A stretch of DNA of 61,028 bases from NCBI GenBank assembly GCA_013152315.1, contig JAADGP010000043.1:1-61028 (forward strand), in the 5' to 3' direction. The position numbers and the translations under genes were made by a program. Positions 1 to 8,409 of this stretch are shown here, piece by piece. The DNA comes from FCB group bacterium. Lineage in GTDB: Bacteria; Fidelibacterota; Marinisomatia; Marinisomatales; JAADGP01. Below the pieces are notes generated by a model. The model ran no database searches. It was not told where the DNA came from and saw nothing but the letters and a program-made list of their open reading frames with translations. Positions within the stretch are counted from its first letter, which is position 1. Each line of letters begins with the position of its first letter.

Positions 1-37
1 TCTTGATGAAGGAGAATTTGCTTCGCGAGGGCGGAGA

Positions 38-1915
38 TTATTTCAGCAGTGTTACCTTTTTCCAGAATTGGAGTTGTTTACCTTCGGCGATGATGAGATA
101 GATGCCCGCCGGGACGCGTTGTCCGATGTCATTCCGGCCCGTCCAGGTAAACTGGTACGGGGTGTATTTGGTAGGGAGATATCCATTGAAAATGTTCGCG
201 ACTTTTCTCCCGCTCAGGTTCACGATGTAGATTTTTATCCGCTGCGGAACGGACACGGTTACATCAATATTGGTGAACCGATGATATTGTGATTTGGACA
301 GATTGAAGGGATTCGGATAGGGGTTGGCAAGGGAAAAATCCTCGGGGCGATCGGTGGTAAACGAATCATAAACTCCGTCATCCAGACTTAATTGATAATC
401 CCAATCGGTGCCGTCAGCTTTCTGGCTGACGACGGCTAAATAAATCCATCTGTAGCCGTGGGCGGGATCGATATTAACCGGGGAGGAAGTCTTAACGACA
501 TAATCCCCCGTGGTTGTTTCCATGATGGCGTGCAGCATTAAATCGTTTTCCGGTCCGGAGGTGTTGGTCAGGGTTACCTGGACAGGGGTGTTCGCAATTA
601 TGCGGGTGTATTGACTGGCATATTTTTGCAGGTTGGAACTGTTAATAGTCATGGTTTTGCCGGCCGTAAAGGCAACGGTTTGAAAAGTGGCCGGTCCGAT
701 GACGGGATAGTCCTCGGCTTCTTCGTACGCGAATATCCCGGCCTGCGAACTCGACGACAGGATCCGGTTCGCAATCACCATTTTGTTCAGCGCGTCGCTG
801 AAATCCGAAAGTTCCGGGGCCAATCCCGACGTAATCGCCAGATGACTGTAGTCGTCGTTTTTACTGTTTAGTACAATGCTTTTGTCCCAAATTCGCTGGA
901 TGGTATTCGGTCCGCCCAGATGTTCGGAAATGTATTCGAAATAGATAAAGGAACCATACCAGTGGTTATCGCCATTGGCGTCCAGGGAAATATGGGGAGA
1001 TTGGAACCAGGAGGGCATATATTGATAACAATCGTTGATATCATCGAAAATGACCTCTTCCATCCACACTGCGGTGGCTTCCTTCAACCATGGCATTTCG
1101 TAAGAGTCATACCCAAACTGTACGGCATGGAAAAATTCATGGGCGGCTGTTACCTGAATATTTTCCAACTCGTTGTTAGGAAATCCGGTATAGTAGTCGT
1201 TCCTGATTACGATATAGCTGGTAATGGAGTTATTTTCCTTTACGGAAGAATATTCGTTGTCCCCGTTGTCTTCGGCGAAATATTCGCTTTGGGTGTAACC
1301 ATAATAGCTGGCGTTCAGGGAATCGATATAAATATCGTAGTGGTTGGAACCGCCGTTATCATAGTCTGCCGGGAACCAGCCATCGCCCGGGGGGCGATAA
1401 TACCCCATCCGGTTAATAATTTGATCGGCCACGGCGTTGAAGGTCGCGGAAACCCGATCGATATAGTCGGGTATCGAATTGGCATTGTTGTCGGTGGAAT
1501 CGACGGCCTGTGATCCCGATAAGGTGTAATGGAAGCGAAAAATCCCCTGATCATAGAACCGGTCAAGCCCTTCGGCCTCCGGCCTGGTTCCCCAAGAGCG
1601 GGAAACCAGTTCGTTCGAAAAATTAAATCCCAGTTGCTGTAACGCGAATTTCTGGTCTTCCGGCAGAGAATGCCCGTATAGGGCAATATCCAGTAAGTAG
1701 GGGGTTAGATGCTGAATTGTGGTTTGGTCCGTGAAAGCCTCAATCACGATCTCGGCGGACTGTGACGTAGTCCATTCCTTGCCCATCAACAGGCCGGTGA
1801 TGGCGTACACGATCAGCAAAGTTTTCCGGGGCGCCAGGCGGCGCCGGCGAGTACTATTATGGTTTCCGGTCACGTAATTGTTTCGTTTTTCGCTTACGGA
1901 GATAAATTCTCGCAA
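38..1915 (-). CDS. secreted HExxH metallopeptidase-like protein with T9SS-type C-terminal sorting domain
   Basis: 625-aa ORF with an HExxH zinc motif (AAHEFFHAVQFGY). N-terminal RRRR plus a hydrophobic segment. The last ~90 aa (NPYPNPFN...AGIYLIIAEG...KKVTLLK) resemble a Por/T9SS CTD. The start codon appears to be TTG. Confidence 0.75.
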   Translation of the reverse strand: MREFISVSEKRNNYVTGNHNSTRRRRLAPRKTLLIVYAITGLLMGKEWTTSQSAEIVIEAFTDQTTIQHLTPYLLDIALYGHSLPEDQKFALQQLGFNFSNELVSRSWGTRPEAEGLDRFYDQGIFRFHYTLSGSQAVDSTDNNANSIPDYIDRVSATFNAVADQIINRMGYYRPPGDGWFPADYDNGGSNHYDIYIDSLNASYYGYTQSEYFAEDNGDNEYSSVKENNSITSYIVIRNDYYTGFPNNELENIQVTAAHEFFHAVQFGYDSYEMPWLKEATAVWMEEVIFDDINDCYQYMPSWFQSPHISLDANGDNHWYGSFIYFEYISEHLGGPNTIQRIWDKSIVLNSKNDDYSHLAITSGLAPELSDFSDALNKMVIANRILSSSSQAGIFAYEEAEDYPVIGPATFQTVAFTAGKTMTINSSNLQKYASQYTRIIANTPVQVTLTNTSGPENDLMLHAIMETTTGDYVVKTSSPVNIDPAHGYRWIYLAVVSQKADGTDWDYQLSLDDGVYDSFTTDRPEDFSLANPYPNPFNLSKSQYHRFTNIDVTVSVPQRIKIYIVNLSGRKVANIFNGYLPTKYTPYQFTWTGRNDIGQRVPAGIYLIIAEGKQLQFWKKVTLLK

Positions 1916-1975
1916 AAAGGCCCATCAGAATTAATCCAAGGGCATAAAATATGGCGTAATAGACGGCGAGTTTAC

Positions 1976-2650
1976 TCATTTTTTCCTATGGGGATGAATA
2001 TACTTGTCATACAGGTAAGTTCCGGATAAAATCAGCAATCCGGTAGGCAATTCCCAGGCAATGCCGGTTTCCGAAGCGTCCTGGGATATGATCCCCGTAA
2101 CCGTCAAGGTCGTGCCCGCCAGATACAGCGCGTTGCGAACGCGACCGTAAATTTTTTCTTCGTTTGAAATTTCCGGTTCCATGTCACTTCCCTGGGCATT
2201 AAACGAGTCCTGTTTTTCTTCCATCAGGGCGGTGACAACTTCTTCGATCGGGAAGCGCAGGTTAAACAGGATTTCGGGAGGCGTATCGGAACGGTAAAAA
2301 TCGAAGCTTTCGATCGGCTTGGCGATCCGAAAAGCCAACTGGGTGGTATTGGCGGTGTTGGTGGCCTGGATTTCCGTGACCGGGTAAAGGGGCTTGGTGG
2401 ACATGATCTTTGCCGTGTCGGAAACCGCTCCCAGGATGGTTATATAGAACCAATTGGTCGGCGTGGCCCAGGCGGTGATATTCCGCTCGGCAATGGCTTC
2501 GGAAGTGTGCAATTGGAAATATAACCCGTTACGCTTGACTTCAATTTTTAAGTCTGTCACGCGCGGGTGGTCCTGGGCCGGAATCGCGTTCCCCAGGCAT
2601 AGACCGATAACCAGGAAAAGAATCCATCGTAATTTGTTGTTTTCAGCCAT
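1976..2650 (-). CDS. hypothetical exported or membrane-anchored protein
   Basis: ORF 1976..2692. The second Met (2650) precedes a signal-like segment (LRWILFLVIGLCLGNAIPAQ). C-terminal hydrophobic helices are present. No family recognised. Confidence 0.5.
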   Translation of the reverse strand: MAENNKLRWILFLVIGLCLGNAIPAQDHPRVTDLKIEVKRNGLYFQLHTSEAIAERNITAWATPTNWFYITILGAVSDTAKIMSTKPLYPVTEIQATNTANTTQLAFRIAKPIESFDFYRSDTPPEILFNLRFPIEEVVTALMEEKQDSFNAQGSDMEPEISNEEKIYGRVRNALYLAGTTLTVTGIISQDASETGIAWELPTGLLILSGTYLYDKYIHPHRKK

Positions 2651-2753
2651 TGAAATTCCCGTGAAACTACACCGGATCGGAAATAGTTTCATCAGGATAT
2701 TCCGAAAGGTCCAATGGTATTAAGAATCAAGAACAAATCCGCCAGCCAGCGGA

Positions 2754-2788
2754 CAAGAACCAAGAACCAAATATCAAGAGCCAAATAA
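2754..2788 (+). repeat. CAAGARCCAAA short tandem module next to a family-2 copy
   Basis: CAAGAAC CAAGAACCAAATAT CAAGAGCCAAATAA. A related module occurs in reverse orientation at 7671-7704. Confidence 0.6.
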
Positions 2789-2790
2789 GC

Positions 2791-2932
2791 ACGTTTTACG
2801 TTTCCCCGACATGCGCTGTGCTTTGTCGGGGTCTCCGCTACGCTCCGACACGCATCACGTTTCACGTCCCCTGTTTTCCCGACAGTCGCTGCGCTCCGTC
2901 GGGATCTCCACTCCGTTCCGACACGCACCACA
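2791..2932 (+). repeat. family-2 intergenic hairpin element, two tandem copies
   Basis: Copy 1 at 2791-2867 (ACGTTTTACGTTTCCCCGACATGCGCTGTGCTTTGTCGGGGTCTCCGCTACGCTCCGACACGCATCACGTTTCACGT). Copy 2 at 2868-2932. Confidence 0.85.
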
Positions 2933-2972
2933 TTAAAAATGTTTAAATCGATATTAGACAGTAAATTACAAC

Positions 2973-3971
2973 ATGATTAAATCCGACCAGGGCATTAATG
3001 ACATGAATTACCGGCAGGAAAACAATTCCGTAAATCCGGGCGATCGGAAAAGACCCCTCGCGCGGGGAATCCGTAACGTCTTCCTGTCGTCCGTAATATT
3101 ATTGCTGGTTGTTCCCGTCCAGTCCCAAACCCGGGTTAAAATCACGGACCTGGTTGATCGAATGGACGAAAACGGCATTAACCGAAAGTACCTGCCCGAC
3201 GCAAAGGAACCCTATTCGGGAGTCGTATATAATCTTTACGACAACGACCAGAAAGAATTCGAAGGGGTCTTAACCGGGGGAATCCAGGATAGTTTATGGA
3301 CCTGGTGGTACCCCAATGGTCAGAAAAAATGGCAATTAACTTTTAAGAATTATCAAAAACACGGTCCCTGGCGCGAGTGGTACGAGTCCGGACAAATCAA
3401 ACAGGAGGGAACGTATCGGAATAATCAGAAAGTGGGGCTATGGACCCTGTGGTATGAAAACGGGCGTAAATCTTCCGAAGAACGGTACGAGGAAGATCGC
3501 CTGAACGGGAAAATCGTATTATGGTATTCCAACGGACAAAAGGAAGGCGAAGCAAAGTATATTTACGGCTACAAGGAAGGCCCTGATTTGGGGTGGTATC
3601 CTAGCGGAGAAAAGAAATGGGAGTTCTTTTGGAAAAACGGCAAGGAACACGGCCTTCAGGTTGAGTGGTATGCGAACGGAAATAAAAAGTATGAACACAA
3701 TTTCCGTAATGGTCAATGGACCGGCAAATTATATGAATGGTATGAAAACGGGCAACCACGGGTCGAGGGCGGCTTCAAAGTAGGTGTCCAGGATGGGCCC
3801 TGGACCTGGTGGTGGAACAACGGGGAAATTGCCTTAAAAGGGAATTACTCGTTCGGCTTCCCGACCGGCGCCTGGACCTGGATTTCCAAGCAGGGAAAAG
3901 AAACCGTAAAAGCGAACCCCGAGGCGGAGTGGGTCATAAGCAAAATTGAATTTTTTGAAAAAAAACGGTGA
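2973..3971 (+). CDS. MORN-variant repeat protein (YwqK-like), N-terminally anchored
   Basis: 332 aa with many tandem ~23-aa repeats (WYPNGQKK, WYESGQIK, WYENGRKS, WYSNGQKE, WYANGNKK, WYENGQPR). N-terminal hydrophobic segment VFLSSVILLLVVPV. Confidence 0.8.
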   Translation: MIKSDQGINDMNYRQENNSVNPGDRKRPLARGIRNVFLSSVILLLVVPVQSQTRVKITDLVDRMDENGINRKYLPDAKEPYSGVVYNLYDNDQKEFEGVLTGGIQDSLWTWWYPNGQKKWQLTFKNYQKHGPWREWYESGQIKQEGTYRNNQKVGLWTLWYENGRKSSEERYEEDRLNGKIVLWYSNGQKEGEAKYIYGYKEGPDLGWYPSGEKKWEFFWKNGKEHGLQVEWYANGNKKYEHNFRNGQWTGKLYEWYENGQPRVEGGFKVGVQDGPWTWWWNNGEIALKGNYSFGFPTGAWTWISKQGKETVKANPEAEWVISKIEFFEKKR

Positions 3972-4116
3972 CGGTTTTTTTGAAAAAAATAACAGCCTGC
4001 TCTGATAGTGGAATGGGGAGGAGTGTATTGGGGAAGTGAGTTGGTTGGGGAATTAAACGAAAGTGAAGTATCAAACTATTTTTTCATTTTTGGATAAAGG
4101 CTAAAACACAGTATCT

Positions 4117-4159
4117 GAAACGTAAAACGTGTCGTAGCGAATGTCGGGAACGCATGATA
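4117..4159 (-). repeat. family-2 element, short (internally deleted) copy
   Basis: The reverse complement reads ...GCGTTCCCGACATTCGCTACGACACGTTTTACGTTTC. It lacks the 3' stem half. Confidence 0.6.
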
Positions 4160-4629
4160 TTCCACTCACAGGTTTATGCCCGGCTTTAAGAATTTTAAGA
4201 ATAAACGCACTCTAACGAATATGATTTATCTGTAATGCTCACTCTGTGGTCTGCCCTTGAGAAATAATGTTGAGAGCATTGAAGATAAAATCGGGTTGGG
4301 CAGAACCGGACTGTTATTGAACACCTCACAGCCCGAATTTATAATTACCTATGCGGGTTGTAAATCCAATAATGAACTATAGCACCTACCCCGTATTCAA
4401 GATATTTTTGAAAAAATATGGTTTCCCGGGTGGTAAATTACCGGTCTGCCAAAGAAGCGCGGAATACAAAGACATGATGTGCCTGGATAAATAATTCCCG
4501 ATATTTTAATCACCTTCGCCCCGGGAAAACTCCTTTTATCCCCTGACATTTCCACCGGTTCGCTGGAAATAAGATAACCAACTCAGCCTTAGCGGATTGT
4601 TCGATTTTGATAAGAAAGAAAATTACTTA

Positions 4630-6441
4630 ATGGATATTAGAAATATTGCAATTATTGCCCATGTTGACCATGGGAAAACGACGATGGTGGATCGGATTCT
4701 CCATCAGGTGAAACTGTTCCGGGATAATCAGGAAGTGCGGGATTTGATCCTGGATTCAAGTGACCTGGAACGGGAGCGCGGGATAACCATTTTGTCCAAG
4801 AATGTGTCAGTGCGATATAAGGGAGTGAAGATTAATATTATCGATACTCCCGGCCACTCGGATTTCGGAGGGGAAGTAGAGCGCGTCCTGAATATGGCCG
4901 ACGGTGTGCTGTTGCTGGTTGACGCTTTTGAAGGACCCATGCCGCAAACGCGATTTGTTTTGCAGAAAGCATTGGAACTGGGTTTGAAACCGATCGTCGT
5001 GATCAATAAAGTCGATAAACCGAATTGCAATCCGGGAGAAGTAAACGAACTTGTTTTCGAACTGATGTATTCTCTGGATGCCACGGACGAGCAATTGGAT
5101 TTTCCCACGGTTTACGGTTCCTCAAAACAGGGCTGGATGGGAGCCGACTGGAAAACACCGACGAACGATGTTACCTATTTGCTGGACACGATTATTGAAT
5201 ATATTGATCCGCCAAAGGATAACCAGGGGACTTTACAATTGCAGATTAATTCCCTGGACTATTCGTCATATACCGGGAAGATTGCCGTTGGGAGGGTGCA
5301 CAAGGGAAGTATTAGAATGGGTGACCAGGTTTCCGTTATTCAGAGAGACGGTCAAATCAATAAATCGGTCATTAAGGAACTTTATCTTTTTGAAGGACTG
5401 GGGAAAGTAAAAACCAAGGAAGAGGTTAAGTCCGGCGAAATAGTAGCCATAATGGGACTTGAAAAATTTGACATCGGGGATACCATTGCCGATTTTGATG
5501 AACCGGAAGCTTTAAAGCCGATCGCCGTCGATGAGCCGGCGATGAGTATGCTTTTCACCATTAACAACTCCCCGTTTTTTGGGAGAGAGGGGAAGTATGT
5601 TACCTCACGGCATATCCGGCAAAGATTATTTAAGGAAATCGAGAAGAATCTGGCGTTAAGGGTCGAGGAAACGGATTCACCCGATAAATTACTGGTTTAC
5701 GGCCGGGGTATTCTTCATTTATCCATTTTGGTGGAAACGATGAGGAGAGAGGGGTACGAAATTCAATTGGGTCAGCCCAAAGTGGTGATTAAGGAAATCG
5801 ATGGTTTTAAACATGAGCCGATCGAACTGCTGAATGTAAATGTGCCCAAAGAGTTTTCCGGAAAAGTAATAGAGATCGTTACCAGGCGCAAAGGCGATAT
5901 TCTGAATATCGAGACCAGGAATGACAGGATATTCCTTGAATTCAAAATATCGGCCAGGGGGTTAATCGGACTTACCAAGCCGATCCTGACGGCTACCGAA
6001 GGTGAGGCCGTGATTTCGCACCGGTTCAAGGGTTATGAGCCGTGGAAAGGCGAAATCCAAAGCAAGAGAAATGGCGCGTTGATAGCTATGAAAACCGGAA
6101 CGGCCATCGCGTATTCAATTGACAAACTGCAGGACCGGGGTAAATTTTTCATTGAACCCAATGAAAAAGTGTATGCGGGACAAGTGATCGGTGAGGGCAC
6201 AAGGCAGGATGATATATTAATAAATGTAATCAAGACGAAAAAACTATCCAATATGCGGGCTGCCGGTTCCGATGAAAAAACGTCCATTGCTCCGGCAATA
6301 AAGTTCTCCCTGGAAGAAGCCATGGAATATGTCGGCGAAGATGAATACGTTGAAGTAACCCCCAAATCCATTCGCCTGAGAAAGATAGTGTTAGATGAAC
6401 AGGAAAGGAAGAGGCAAAGGAACCGGAAGGGGAATGGATAG
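4630..6441 (+). CDS. typA: translational GTPase TypA/BipA
   Basis: G motifs AHVDHGKTT, DTPGH and NKVD, with EF-G-like domain order over ~600 aa. ATG at 4630 (MDIRNIAII...) is preferred over the TTG at 4597. Confidence 0.95.
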   Translation: MDIRNIAIIAHVDHGKTTMVDRILHQVKLFRDNQEVRDLILDSSDLERERGITILSKNVSVRYKGVKINIIDTPGHSDFGGEVERVLNMADGVLLLVDAFEGPMPQTRFVLQKALELGLKPIVVINKVDKPNCNPGEVNELVFELMYSLDATDEQLDFPTVYGSSKQGWMGADWKTPTNDVTYLLDTIIEYIDPPKDNQGTLQLQINSLDYSSYTGKIAVGRVHKGSIRMGDQVSVIQRDGQINKSVIKELYLFEGLGKVKTKEEVKSGEIVAIMGLEKFDIGDTIADFDEPEALKPIAVDEPAMSMLFTINNSPFFGREGKYVTSRHIRQRLFKEIEKNLALRVEETDSPDKLLVYGRGILHLSILVETMRREGYEIQLGQPKVVIKEIDGFKHEPIELLNVNVPKEFSGKVIEIVTRRKGDILNIETRNDRIFLEFKISARGLIGLTKPILTATEGEAVISHRFKGYEPWKGEIQSKRNGALIAMKTGTAIAYSIDKLQDRGKFFIEPNEKVYAGQVIGEGTRQDDILINVIKTKKLSNMRAAGSDEKTSIAPAIKFSLEEAMEYVGEDEYVEVTPKSIRLRKIVLDEQERKRQRNRKGNG

Positions 6442-6526
6442 CGTAGACAACTTTTAATTTGTGTGGGCGTGTTGACCAGGGCACTGTAAAATGTTAGTGA
6501 TTTATAACCGTTGGGATCAATAAAAA

Positions 6527-6610
6527 TAAGGCTATAACCTTAAAAACAATTTGCATATATCAGGTTATAGCCTTAATATTGCTTTGTAAAATTAAGGGTG
6601 TAGCCTTATG
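6527..6610 (+). promoter_or_regulatory. candidate promoter/operator of the mobile-mystery A/B operon
   Basis: Perfect 14-bp inverted repeat TAAGGCTATAACCT (6527-6540) / AGGTTATAGCCTTA (6562-6575). TTGCAT (6551-6556)-N17-TAATAT (6574-6579) lies between and over the arms. A third half-site, TAGCCTTA (6601-6608), abuts the ATG. Confidence 0.6.
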
Positions 6611-7066
6611 AAAGAACGTAAATTAATAATAGATCAGCTTGACAGAAAGATTATCAAATACAAGAATCTTGCTGATGTCATCATTCCTCCCAAGGGTTGG
6701 ATCTATTCAATCAGGAAGGCATTGAACATGTCCTTAAGACAGCTTGGTAACAGGATGTCCATTACTCCACAAAGTGTACGGGAGATTGAAGAGCGGGAAA
6801 GAAATGGAACTGTCTCCATAAACGTACTCAGACAAGTAGGGGAGGCTCTAAATATGAAATTTGTTTATGGGTTTATTCCGAAAAACTATACACTAAAAAA
6901 AATGATTGAAGAAAGAGCCCATGAATTAGCAAAAGAAATCGTCCAAAGGACCTCCGTAAGTATGAGCCTGGAGGATCAAAAAACCTCCGATGAAAGAATC
7001 GCACAGGCGATACGGGAAAAAGCGGAGGAAATCCAAGCCAGCATACCAAAGTATTTATGGGATTAG
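6608..7066 (+). CDS. mobile mystery protein A (XRE-type HTH protein)
   Basis: 152 aa with an HTH segment LRQLGNRMSITPQSVREIEERERNGTVSINVLRQVGEAL. Overlaps the downstream Fic gene by 10 nt. This architecture matches the TIGRFAMs mob_myst_A/B pair. Confidence 0.75.
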   Translation: MKERKLIIDQLDRKIIKYKNLADVIIPPKGWIYSIRKALNMSLRQLGNRMSITPQSVREIEERERNGTVSINVLRQVGEALNMKFVYGFIPKNYTLKKMIEERAHELAKEIVQRTSVSMSLEDQKTSDERIAQAIREKAEEIQASIPKYLWD

Positions 7067-7653
7067 AATTAAGTTATATTTATGGTCAAACACCAATCTC
7101 CGAAGAGGAGAAGGATGGATTACTTATTGAAACCATTGCTACCAGAGGTGAACTTAATGAATTCGAACAACAGAATATTGAATCAGCTGTCGAGTGGACA
7201 CTTAGACAAAATTTTAACGCCGACAAAATCCTTACCATTGATTTTATTACCGAAGTTCATAGACGAATGTTTAACAGAGTTTGGAAGTGGGCCGGCACTT
7301 TTAGGAGAACGAACAAGAACATTGGTGTTGATAAGTTTCAAATATCTCAGGAATTGAAAGTTTTACTGGATGATTGTAAATATTGGATTGAGAATAAAAC
7401 ATATTCACATGATGAAATTGCGGTCAGGTTTAAACACAGACTTGTAAAGATACACCCTTTCCCAAATGGGAATGGAAGACATTCACGGTTATGCGCTGAT
7501 ATCCTTATATCTCATGTGTTTAGGAAAAAAGTGTTTTCTTGGGGTGGGGCTGATTTGATACAGCCAAGCGAATCGAGAAAGAAATATTTGAAAGCAATTT
7601 ACAAAGCCGATCAAGGAGAGATTGAGCCTCTGATTAGCTTTGCAAGATCCTAA
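7057..7653 (+). CDS. mobile mystery protein B (Fic/DOC family)
   Basis: 198 aa. Fic active-site motif HPFPNGNGRHSR at nt 7453-7488. Translationally coupled to the upstream HTH gene. Confidence 0.85.
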   Translation: MGLELSYIYGQTPISEEEKDGLLIETIATRGELNEFEQQNIESAVEWTLRQNFNADKILTIDFITEVHRRMFNRVWKWAGTFRRTNKNIGVDKFQISQELKVLLDDCKYWIENKTYSHDEIAVRFKHRLVKIHPFPNGNGRHSRLCADILISHVFRKKVFSWGGADLIQPSESRKKYLKAIYKADQGEIEPLISFARS

Positions 7654-7670
7654 GTCAGATTAGCCCTTGG

Positions 7671-7704
7671 AGTTTGGTTCTTGGCTCTTGATCTTTGGCT
7701 CTTC
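7671..7704 (-). repeat. CAAGARCCAAA short tandem module (reverse orientation) next to a family-2 copy
   Basis: The reverse complement reads GAAGAGCCAAAGAT CAAGAGCCAAGAACCAAACT. Confidence 0.6.
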
Positions 7705-7774
7705 CACGTTTCCCCGACATCCGCTGCGCTTCGCCGGGATCTACGTATCACGCATCACGTTTCACGCATCACGT
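7705..7774 (+). repeat. family-2 element
   Basis: CACGTTTCCCCGACATCCGCTGCGCTTCGCCGGGATCTACG followed by four tandem heptamers (TATCACG CATCACG TTTCACG CATCACG) at 7746-7773. Confidence 0.85.
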
Positions 7775-7913
7775 AAGATTTCGCCCGGCAGGTCAAGTTA
7801 CATAGACCCTATTTGCCTATTAAATTATTTCGGACAGCAGTGGTATGGCGAAATGGAAAGCTCTAAATTTCGGCCCTTTTGGGGCAAAATTTTATTAGGA
7901 TGAATTCATAAAA

Positions 7914-8399
7914 ATGCAAACACCATCAATTTCCGAATGTATTCCGATTCTTCAAACAGCCATCGGGCCGATGATTTTTATTTCGGGCGTTGGCTTGCTG
8001 CTTTTGTCAATGACCAACCGCTTGGGCCGGGCCATCGATCGTACCCGGAGTCTGAGTCGTCATATTCCGGAGGCCACCGGTAATAAACGGGCCCGGATTC
8101 AGGTACAACTCCAAATCCTGTGGAAACGGGCCTGCATGATCCGACTGGCAATTACCTTGGCGTCAATCAGTCTACTGGCGGCAGCCGTGTTAATTATCAG
8201 CCTGTTTATTACCGCGCTGTGTCAGATTGAATCGTCCTGGATCATTGTCGCTTTGTTTATTATCAGTATGCTCTGTTTAATCGGTTCGCTGGTGGTCTTT
8301 ATCCATGATATTTACCGGTCGTTAGCCGCCCTGAAACTGGGTCTTCTCGCCGCCGAGGAAGAATACAACATGGCGGCCATCGTGACGGAGTCCGACTAA
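7914..8399 (+). CDS. DUF2721-like membrane protein
   Basis: 161 aa. An N-terminal TM (GPMIFISGVGLLLLSMTNRLGRAIDRTRSL) and two more TM helices around a charged loop are typical of DUF2721. The family call is from memory. Confidence 0.55.
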   Translation: MQTPSISECIPILQTAIGPMIFISGVGLLLLSMTNRLGRAIDRTRSLSRHIPEATGNKRARIQVQLQILWKRACMIRLAITLASISLLAAAVLIISLFITALCQIESSWIIVALFIISMLCLIGSLVVFIHDIYRSLAALKLGLLAAEEEYNMAAIVTESD

Positions 8400-8409
8400 C
8401 GGTTTCATT

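Noticed and set aside
920-1513. Large antisense or shadow ORFs occur inside strong genes, for example 920..1513(+), 13196..13645(-), 35224..35784(-), 46669..47139(-), 47172..47540(-) and 53614..54102(-).
   Set aside because: Each lies opposite or out of frame to a gene with clear family motifs. Their translations are low-complexity or Arg/Pro/Gly-rich, with no recognisable motifs.
2692-2931. ORFs of 60-100 aa lie over repeat DNA: 2692..2931(-), 7667..7903(+), 40672..40875(+), 8322..8546(-), 20862..21140(-) and 52289..52540(+).
   Set aside because: They are read-throughs of family-1 or family-2 repeats. Similar peptide fragments such as ...YSTT.E.VPQR.DGCRT recur only because the DNA repeat recurs. 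They have no start or RBS context and no protein-like features.
3944-3992. Two TTTTTTGAAAAAAA-type strings at the end of the MORN-repeat gene could be a terminator.
   Set aside because: They are purely A/T with no GC stem. The first copy is coding (FFEKKR). This is not convincing as an intrinsic terminator.
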